NCBI GenBank assembly: GCA_965219325.1
Contig: OZ244723.1
Location: 2,090,158-2,154,157 of the forward strand
DNA length: 64,000 bases
From: Dehalococcoidia bacterium
GTDB taxonomy: Bacteria > Chloroflexota > Dehalococcoidia > Lucifugimonadales > UBA2962
Direction: 5' to 3'
Part shown: positions 57,433 through 64,000 of the stretch, one piece after another
Position numbering within the stretch: the first letter of the stretch is position 1
Layout of the letters: every line of letters begins with the position of its first letter
The notes under the pieces: generated by a model
Seen by the model: only the letters and a program-made list of their open reading frames with translations
Database searches by the model: none
What the model was told of the DNA's origin: nothing
Position numbers and translations under genes: made by a program

Positions 57433-60180
57433 ATGGGCATAGAAATAACGATCGACGGGCGGGAGGTTATCGTGGGCCACGGGGCCTCGGTGCTAGATGC
57501 CGTCAATCTCTCCGGCACCTACCTATCCCAGTTGTGCAAGGACCCTGACATGAAGCCAATCGGGGCCTGCCGAACCTGCTTGGTGCAGGTGGATGGTATT
57601 CGCGGGTATCCGGCCTCGTGTTCCCTTCCTGCGGCCAACGGAATGAGGATTCGAACGAATACTCCGGACCTGCGTCGCATCCGGTCAGGCGTAATAGAGT
57701 TGACTATGGCCATGTTCCCGGAGTCGGCCCCGGTCTGCGTCCCGCAGTCGCCCTCGGAGAACGGCTCGGCAGATATGGTCGGCCACCGCGAACTGACCAT
57801 CGCCGCCGAGCACCATGGCATTGCTTCCTCGCGATGGTCGGGCCGTCCAAGGAATCCAACGGACACATCTAACCCGGTTTTCGACATAGCCATGCAGGAC
57901 TGCATCCTTTGCGGACGGTGCACCCGTGCCTGCCAGGACGGCCACCAGTTCATAGGCGCCATCGATTTCCTTGGAACTGGTGCCGCATCCAGCCGAATCG
58001 GCACGTTCATGGACCGCGACCTAGTGGACTCGGTATGCACAACTTGCGGCCAGTGCCTTTCGGTCTGCCCTACCGGAGCCATCCGCGCCAAACAGACGGT
58101 CTCCAATGTCACTAGGACCATCGGCACCACCTGCCCCTACTGCGGGGTCGGCTGCGGCATCAAAGCCAGGGTCAACGGCGACGGCAATATAGTCGAGATG
58201 TTGGATGACCCGGACAACCAGTCGAGCCTGGGTATGCTCTGTGTCAAGGGCCGATTCGGATACACGTTCGTGCACGACAAGAGTCGCCTAACAACACCGC
58301 TCGTCCGGAAAGATGGCGTGCTTCGACCGGTGAGCTGGGACGAGGCACTCGACACGATCTCCGACAGGCTATCTCGGTACAGCGGCGAGGAGTTCGGCAC
58401 CCTTTGCTCTGCCAAGGCCACTAACGAGGACGGCTACGTCCAGCAAAAGTTCGCCCGGCTCGTGATGAAGTCCAATAACATCGATCACTGCACCCGCCTT
58501 TGTCATGCGCCCTCAGTGTCGGCGATGCAGACCGCGCTCGGCAGTGGGGCCACATCCAATTCATACGTCGACTACGAGGAGGCTGGCTGCCTGATGATCG
58601 CCGGCTCAGACGCCGACTCCAACCATCCGGTTGCCGCAGCTCGCATGCGGCGGGCTGTCGTTGAACGCGGTGCGAAGTTGATCGTAATCAATCCCAGACG
58701 CATTGGAATGTGCGATCAGGCCGACCTGTGGCTCAGGCCGAGACCGGGTACGGATGTGGCGCTGTTCAACGCCATGGCCAGCGTGATATTGGATGAGGGC
58801 TTGGCCAATGAAGAATTCATCCGTGCCAGGACTCAGGGCTTTGAGGAGTGGCGCGCCGTGATCGAGCGCTACGACGCATCGTTTGCCGAGAGCATCACCG
58901 GGGTGCCGGCCGAGGATATAGCCCAAGCTGCGCGCACCTACGCTTCTCCGCCATTCTCTGGTTCCTGCCTCATATGGGGTATGGGCATCACCCAACACAC
59001 GAACGGCACCCCCAATGTTCACACCCTACTCAACCTCGCCCTGGTAACAGGGCAGCTGGGTAAACCGGGTTCAGGCGTCTCACCACTGAGAGGCCAAAAC
59101 AACGTACAGGGCTGCGGAGACTCGGGCTGCCTCCCCAATTCATTCCCCGGTTACCACAATGTAGAGTCGGACCAATATGCCCGCTTCCGTCAAGCGTGGG
59201 GCGGACACCACCTACCGGAAAAGAGCGGTCTCGTGATCACCGAGATGACCAACGAGATGATTACCGGCGCAATAAAGGCCATGTACGTGACTGGGGAGAA
59301 TCCCCTGCTGTCGGAACCCGACCTAACCCATGCCCACAGGGCCTTTGAGAGCCTCGAGTTCTTGGTTGTGCAGGACATTTTCATGCACGAGACCGCCGAG
59401 ATAGCCGACGTTGTGCTACCGGCCACCTCCTTTGCCGAGAAGGACGGAACCTTCACCAATAGCGAGCGCCGGGTACAGCGGGTTCGCAAGGCGGTCGAGC
59501 CGGTTGGCGACAGCAGGCCGGATTGGGAGATCCTATGCGACCTAGCACAGCGCGTAGCCGAGCGACGTGGGCTTGAAATCGGGAACCAGTTCTCTTTCTC
59601 GCATCCGTCGCAGATATGGAATGAGATGGCCTCGCTTGTTCCGATGTTCGGCGGCATCGACTACGACCGCCTGGAGCGCGAGGGCGGGCTGCAGTGGCCC
59701 TGCCCTACCCTAGAGCATCCAGGCACCCGCTATCTTTACGCGGATGAGTTTCCGCACGGGGAGCCAGCGAGGTTCGTCGCCTTCGACCAGGGTCCAGCAG
59801 CGGAGGAAATGCCTTCAAAGCGCTTCCCCCTGATCCTCAATACGGGCCGCATCCTGTACCACTGGCACGGCGGCACCATAACGCGACGAGCCTCCGCTCT
59901 TATGGCCCGAGCACCTGAATTGACCGTTTCAATGAACGAGCGGGACGGCGAACGCTACGGCCTGGAGGAGGGTGACTGGGCACGGTTGAAATCGCGGCGA
60001 GGCTCTTTGGAGGCGCGCGTGATATTTGACGAGAAGATGGAGGAGGGGCAGGTATTCGTGCCCTTCACGAAGCTTAAGGAATCGGCCGCCAACTTCCTCA
60101 CCAACTCCGCTCTGGACCCGGATTCCAAGATACCCGAGTACAAGGTCTGCGCCGTCAGGGTGGAAATTGCGGACGGTTGA
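57433..60180 (+). CDS. fdhF: Formate dehydrogenase alpha subunit (Cys-type) with N-terminal Fe-S domains
   Basis: CILCGRC, CTTCGQC, CPYCGVGC, LCVKGRFG, NIDHCTRLCHAPS, PLRGQNNVQG, FAEKDGTFTNSERRVQR, PEYKVCAV. Confidence 0.95.
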   Translation: MGIEITIDGREVIVGHGASVLDAVNLSGTYLSQLCKDPDMKPIGACRTCLVQVDGIRGYPASCSLPAANGMRIRTNTPDLRRIRSGVIELTMAMFPESAPVCVPQSPSENGSADMVGHRELTIAAEHHGIASSRWSGRPRNPTDTSNPVFDIAMQDCILCGRCTRACQDGHQFIGAIDFLGTGAASSRIGTFMDRDLVDSVCTTCGQCLSVCPTGAIRAKQTVSNVTRTIGTTCPYCGVGCGIKARVNGDGNIVEMLDDPDNQSSLGMLCVKGRFGYTFVHDKSRLTTPLVRKDGVLRPVSWDEALDTISDRLSRYSGEEFGTLCSAKATNEDGYVQQKFARLVMKSNNIDHCTRLCHAPSVSAMQTALGSGATSNSYVDYEEAGCLMIAGSDADSNHPVAAARMRRAVVERGAKLIVINPRRIGMCDQADLWLRPRPGTDVALFNAMASVILDEGLANEEFIRARTQGFEEWRAVIERYDASFAESITGVPAEDIAQAARTYASPPFSGSCLIWGMGITQHTNGTPNVHTLLNLALVTGQLGKPGSGVSPLRGQNNVQGCGDSGCLPNSFPGYHNVESDQYARFRQAWGGHHLPEKSGLVITEMTNEMITGAIKAMYVTGENPLLSEPDLTHAHRAFESLEFLVVQDIFMHETAEIADVVLPATSFAEKDGTFTNSERRVQRVRKAVEPVGDSRPDWEILCDLAQRVAERRGLEIGNQFSFSHPSQIWNEMASLVPMFGGIDYDRLEREGGLQWPCPTLEHPGTRYLYADEFPHGEPARFVAFDQGPAAEEMPSKRFPLILNTGRILYHWHGGTITRRASALMARAPELTVSMNERDGERYGLEEGDWARLKSRRGSLEARVIFDEKMEEGQVFVPFTKLKESAANFLTNSALDPDSKIPEYKVCAVRVEIADG

Positions 60181-60186
60181 CAGGAT

Positions 60187-61002
60187 ATGACCCAGCGAAT
60201 TACGGAAATTTCGAGGCCGAAAGCAGAGAGCTTTATGGCCGGCCGCAAGATATACCTGGTGCCGACGTTGCTGGCGGGCCCTGGCATTCCGGACGAACTC
60301 TCGGAGATGCTCAATCGCTACTGGGACGAGGTGCGTGAACAGGTGGAGAGCCTTGAACGAACCCTCAGTAAGGTAAAGCACGTCTACCACGAGTCCGTAT
60401 TCAAACCGGGTGAGGAAGGGTTGCGCACAGTGGAAGGCGTCAACCCCCACGGACACGCCTTTGTAAATGTGCTGTGTCGGTCTACCGCAACGCTGGAGCC
60501 GACCGACGAACAAAAGGCCCTTGTCGAGGCGTCCGACTGGAGGCTGTGCCTGTCGATTGGACTGGCCAGCGAGAAGGTCACCAGGATAGCTAGAGACTCA
60601 CTTGACGACGCCATGAGGGCACGGTACTCGCACATAGCCACCGCAATTGACAAGACCTTGGGGGATGATGAGGCGGGCCTGTGTATCCTCAGCGAAGACC
60701 ACCGGGTGCAATTCCCCGGGGATATACAGGTTTTTTTCATATCGCCGCCCTCGCTGGATGAGATTAAGCGGTGGGCGGAAGAGCAGATGCGGCGGCTGAC
60801 GTCAGAAGGGAGCGGAGGCGGAGATTCCATATTTGAGTCAAGCGAGGAGATGGACACAGACGACGTCGGCGAATCGGGCACCGGACCAACAGAGCAAGGG
60901 GACGCAGCAGCTGACGACACGGCTGCGGAAGCCGCAATAGACCCCGAGCCCGAGGCCGGAAAGGACACACAGGCTGGAAGGTATCCGGAGTACCCCCACT
61001 GA
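60187..61002 (+). CDS. Hypothetical protein with acidic C-terminal tail
   Basis: 6 bp after fdhF, long protein-like ORF; no family recognised with confidence. Confidence 0.75.
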   Translation: MTQRITEISRPKAESFMAGRKIYLVPTLLAGPGIPDELSEMLNRYWDEVREQVESLERTLSKVKHVYHESVFKPGEEGLRTVEGVNPHGHAFVNVLCRSTATLEPTDEQKALVEASDWRLCLSIGLASEKVTRIARDSLDDAMRARYSHIATAIDKTLGDDEAGLCILSEDHRVQFPGDIQVFFISPPSLDEIKRWAEEQMRRLTSEGSGGGDSIFESSEEMDTDDVGESGTGPTEQGDAAADDTAAEAAIDPEPEAGKDTQAGRYPEYPH

Positions 61003-61198
61003 GTGGGAGCCTGTCAACGCCCACGACAAACGCCGCGATCAGGAATGCCGGCTTGGGTGATTGATCGCGCGGTCTCAGTCCCTTAGGTGTTCCATTTCGG
61101 ACGATCGCGGACGAGCACAACGGGTAGTGCCTCGCGATCAGTTCCGAGTCGATGTTAGCAGAGGAAATGTCCGGGGACCGCGCCTCCAGTACTACTGA

Positions 61199-61330
61199 CC
61201 GGAGTTCATGGCAAAGGCCACCAGCAGGAGGCCGTCCGATGCCTGGACAAAGACTCCATACAACAAGCCCGGCTCCCCTTGTGAGGACGGCTACTTGGCT
61301 AGCTTTGATCGAAACTTAAGGAACGAATGT
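61199..61330 (+). pseudogene. Degenerate IS3-type transposase fragment
   Basis: PEFMAKA...TPYNKPGSPCEDGYLASFDRNLRNEC resembles PEFIAKA...YIEPGSPWENGY.ESFNGKLRDEC. Confidence 0.7.
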
Positions 61331-61581
61331 AGGAAAGTAAGACCTTCCAATTGCTGGTGTGGGTGAAGGTATTGACGTCCCAATTCAGTCAGACGTCTAA
61401 ACGTGACCGGCTCCACAACTCGCTGGGCTACACGCCACCACCGCCGTAAACCATCCCGCCTACAGGATCCCTTATAGCGCTCGTCCAACCAACGTAACAA
61501 ATCGCATGGGGTTACAGGTGTAGGTCAGTTTTCGCAACGGCGGCATCAGGTGAATCTGAATTTGTCTTCCCGCCCGTCAAT

Positions 61582-62352
61582 TCATCGAACTTCATCTCCG
61601 CCATCTATAACGTATGCGGAGCCGGTTACGAAAGCGGCATCATCAGAGGCGAGATAGAGTATGAGCTTGGCGACATCCTCGGGCTGGCCGGCCCGGCCAA
61701 GGGGAATTCTAGATACGTACTCATCGAATATGCCAGCTGCGCCCTCTACGGCCTGAGAGCCAGGGGTGTCGATGAGGCCCGGAACTACGCAGTTGGAACG
61801 GATTCCGTAGGGAGCATATTGGTTGCTGGCGGTCTTTGTCAGCTGGACTACGCCAGCCTTGCTCACAGAATAGGGGACTGAAAACGTCGAGCCTCGCAGC
61901 GCATTTATGGAGGCCACGTTCACTATAGCTCCTTCCCCCACTTCGAGCATGCGGGGAATTGCGTACTTACAGCATAGGAAAATACCCTTGACGTTGATAT
62001 CCATCACGACGTCCCACTCCTCCTCCGTCACGTCGACCAAAGGAGGAGTCTGCACCTGCCGGCCGGCGACGTTGATTAGCAGGTCCACCTTGCCGTAGCG
62101 ATCCACCGTGTGCTGAACCATGCCCTGGACCTGAGAGGGCCGGGAGACATCGGTTTGGACGAAAAGGGCATCTCCACCGGACTCGTCGATGAGCGCGACA
62201 GTCTCTTCGCCTCCTCGCACGTTGACATCGGCGACAATGACCTTCGCGCCTTCCCCGGCAAAAAAGAGGGCGGTGCACCGCCCGATGCCGGAGCTGCCTC
62301 CGGTGATGATGCTTACTTTACCGTCCAGCTTCCCAGGCATGGTTTTCTCCAA
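61582..62352 (-). CDS. Short-chain dehydrogenase/reductase
   Basis: TGGSSGIG, INVAG, YSVSK, DGG. Confidence 0.92.
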   Translation of the reverse strand: MEKTMPGKLDGKVSIITGGSSGIGRCTALFFAGEGAKVIVADVNVRGGEETVALIDESGGDALFVQTDVSRPSQVQGMVQHTVDRYGKVDLLINVAGRQVQTPPLVDVTEEEWDVVMDINVKGIFLCCKYAIPRMLEVGEGAIVNVASINALRGSTFSVPYSVSKAGVVQLTKTASNQYAPYGIRSNCVVPGLIDTPGSQAVEGAAGIFDEYVSRIPLGRAGQPEDVAKLILYLASDDAAFVTGSAYVIDGGDEVR

Positions 62353-62923
62353 AGTGTGTTTGAAACTCGCAATCTGGACTTTCCACTAGTTGAAATCCGG
62401 GTGGGATAAGAACGGCCTCTCGCTCCCTCGAGGTACTCCCGCAGCGGCCAAGGTTCCTCCCCATTGCTCCTACCGGTCTCAGCGAAATGGGGCCGTCGCA
62501 AGTTCAACTCGAATCCGTAGTTCTGACATTGACCACACAACAGGGAAATGGAGAACGCTCACATAATCACGTCCATCAAGGTGCCCCTGCCATGAGTATC
62601 GCCACTTTGCTTGCCGATTGGCTTCGCGCCGTTGAACGGATGTGTTCAGTGGAGGCTATCCCAGTGAAGCCCGACGCTGCGTCTTGCCCTACGTTCTGGC
62701 AAGGAGGTGAAATCAGCCCTGACCTCTAACGATGCTCTTTACCGCTTACTCAAGTTCGGGCCATCGTTCCTGTTCAATGACTACGGCCTATCGGAAGTAG
62801 AACTCACTGTTCTCGGCAGATGCGAGTCGTTCAAGTTGGCCACGAGGGACACTTATCTTGGGTCGGCGGACATAGACTGATGGCTGCGCCGCTCGCTCCG
62901 GCGATCCCGTGCAGCTTCGTGGC

Positions 62924-63970
62924 CTAGGTCGTGTGAACTTGGACCTTTATGGCACCGCTGCTCTTGTCGAAGGCCGTGTCGAATCCGGCCTGTATATTCT
63001 CAAGCGTAACCTTGTGGGTCACCAATGGTCGCAGATCCACCCTGCCCGATCCCATCATCTCTATCGCGATGTCGAACTCATTGCGCCCACGACTGGTAGC
63101 GTAGACGGCCGACCAGATGATCGATATCTCATTGATGAGCGCCTGCAACCAGTCGATTCTTACCGGGCCGTAGAAGTTTCCGGTCGTGACGACCCTGCCT
63201 TGCATGCGGGTGACATCAACGGCCTGGTTCAGGGACGCGTCGGTGCGCCCACCGACGGTCTCAACTGTCATGTCGGCCCCAAGCCCGCCGCTGATTTCAC
63301 TCAGCGCTTCCTTAAGCTCGCCGCCATCTGAGCCAACGACGGTATCGGCTCCCATGCGCCTGGCCATCTCCGCCTGCTGAGGGTAACGGGCGGTTGCGAC
63401 TATGGTGCCGGCGCCCATGGCGCGTGCGGCCGCGGTCGTGCAAAGCCCTATGGTGCCGGAGCCCAGCACGGCCACCGTCTCGCCGCCGTTCAACTCCCCA
63501 CGCCGCATGGCGTGCAGTCCGACGGCGAACGGTTCAACCATCGCGCCCTCCTCCCAGGTCATGCTCTCGGCCAATTGGTAGAGACCGGCAGCCTTGCGCG
63601 AGACGAATTCAGCGTATCCGCCGCCCGTGTCGGGCGATAGGTACTCGCAAAGAAAGTACTGGCCCTCCCTGCAGTAAAAGCATGTATGACAAGCGCGCCC
63701 AACACCAATTCCCTCGACGGCCACCCGCTCTCCGACACGCGCCGGATCAACCCTCTCTCCCACCTCGATGATCTCGCCGGCGATCTCGTGCCCGGCAGGT
63801 TGCGTCTCCCGGTCGGTCTTGGCCGCATAGAGGAGAAGGTCCGAACCGCAGATGCCCTCGGCCCTTACGCGCACGAGAGCCTCGTCAGGTCCCACCGGGG
63901 GCCGGTCGACCTCGGTCAATTCCATCGCGCCTGTTCCATTCCATAGCGCCGCCTTCATCTTCGCCGCCAT
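62924..63970 (-). CDS. Zn-dependent alcohol dehydrogenase (MDR; sorbitol/threonine dehydrogenase-like)
   Basis: GICGSD, GHE, CHTCFYCREGQYFLC, VEPFAVG, GSGTIG. Confidence 0.92.
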   Translation of the reverse strand: MAAKMKAALWNGTGAMELTEVDRPPVGPDEALVRVRAEGICGSDLLLYAAKTDRETQPAGHEIAGEIIEVGERVDPARVGERVAVEGIGVGRACHTCFYCREGQYFLCEYLSPDTGGGYAEFVSRKAAGLYQLAESMTWEEGAMVEPFAVGLHAMRRGELNGGETVAVLGSGTIGLCTTAAARAMGAGTIVATARYPQQAEMARRMGADTVVGSDGGELKEALSEISGGLGADMTVETVGGRTDASLNQAVDVTRMQGRVVTTGNFYGPVRIDWLQALINEISIIWSAVYATSRGRNEFDIAIEMMGSGRVDLRPLVTHKVTLENIQAGFDTAFDKSSGAIKVQVHTT

Positions 63971-64000
63971 CTGGCCAATCTCCCTAAACTTGTACTCTCC

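Overview
GC-rich bacterial chromosomal window, most likely Chloroflexota/Dehalococcoidia (SAR202-like); this is an inference from apgM, dapL, the miaA-dapF-dapL-hflX order, a DUF6391-like gene and the accessory gene types. Layout: (1) 1-13.9 kb core genes (tsaC, prenyltransferase, pgk, apgM, tpiA, miaA, dapF, dapL, hflX, ctpA, smpB), with a 28-bp dif-like Xer site at 9270-9297 beside a TIR-like gene that lacks its catalytic Glu. (2) 13.9-21.9 kb decayed island at tRNA-Arg(TCT): portal-like pseudogene, 69-bp IS3-derived MITE, IS1202/ISNCY element, CAP+RCC1 surface protein, replication-relaxation remnant and an intact IS3. (3) 21.9-26.6 kb GC-richer cassette bounded by an exact 40-bp direct repeat, carrying a tRNA-Arg(CCT) missing most of its T-arm, an amphi-Trp gene, a broken PHP phosphoesterase, a Kelch lipoprotein, a class IV aminotransferase and a phoU fragment. 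(4) 26.7-45 kb metabolic genes, including a thioredoxin-NHL protein with an in-frame TGA in C-U-I-N-C (probable selenoprotein missed by the ORF track), YyaL, glcDEF, aroC and a candidate structured ncRNA. (5) 46.8-61 kb Mo/W C1 cluster: fhs-moeA-moeA/PBP-mobA-moaD-aor-nuoE-nuoF-fdhA. (6) An SDR and a Zn-ADH. No CRISPR array, rRNA or tmRNA seen. All family calls come from motif recognition by eye; no searches were run.
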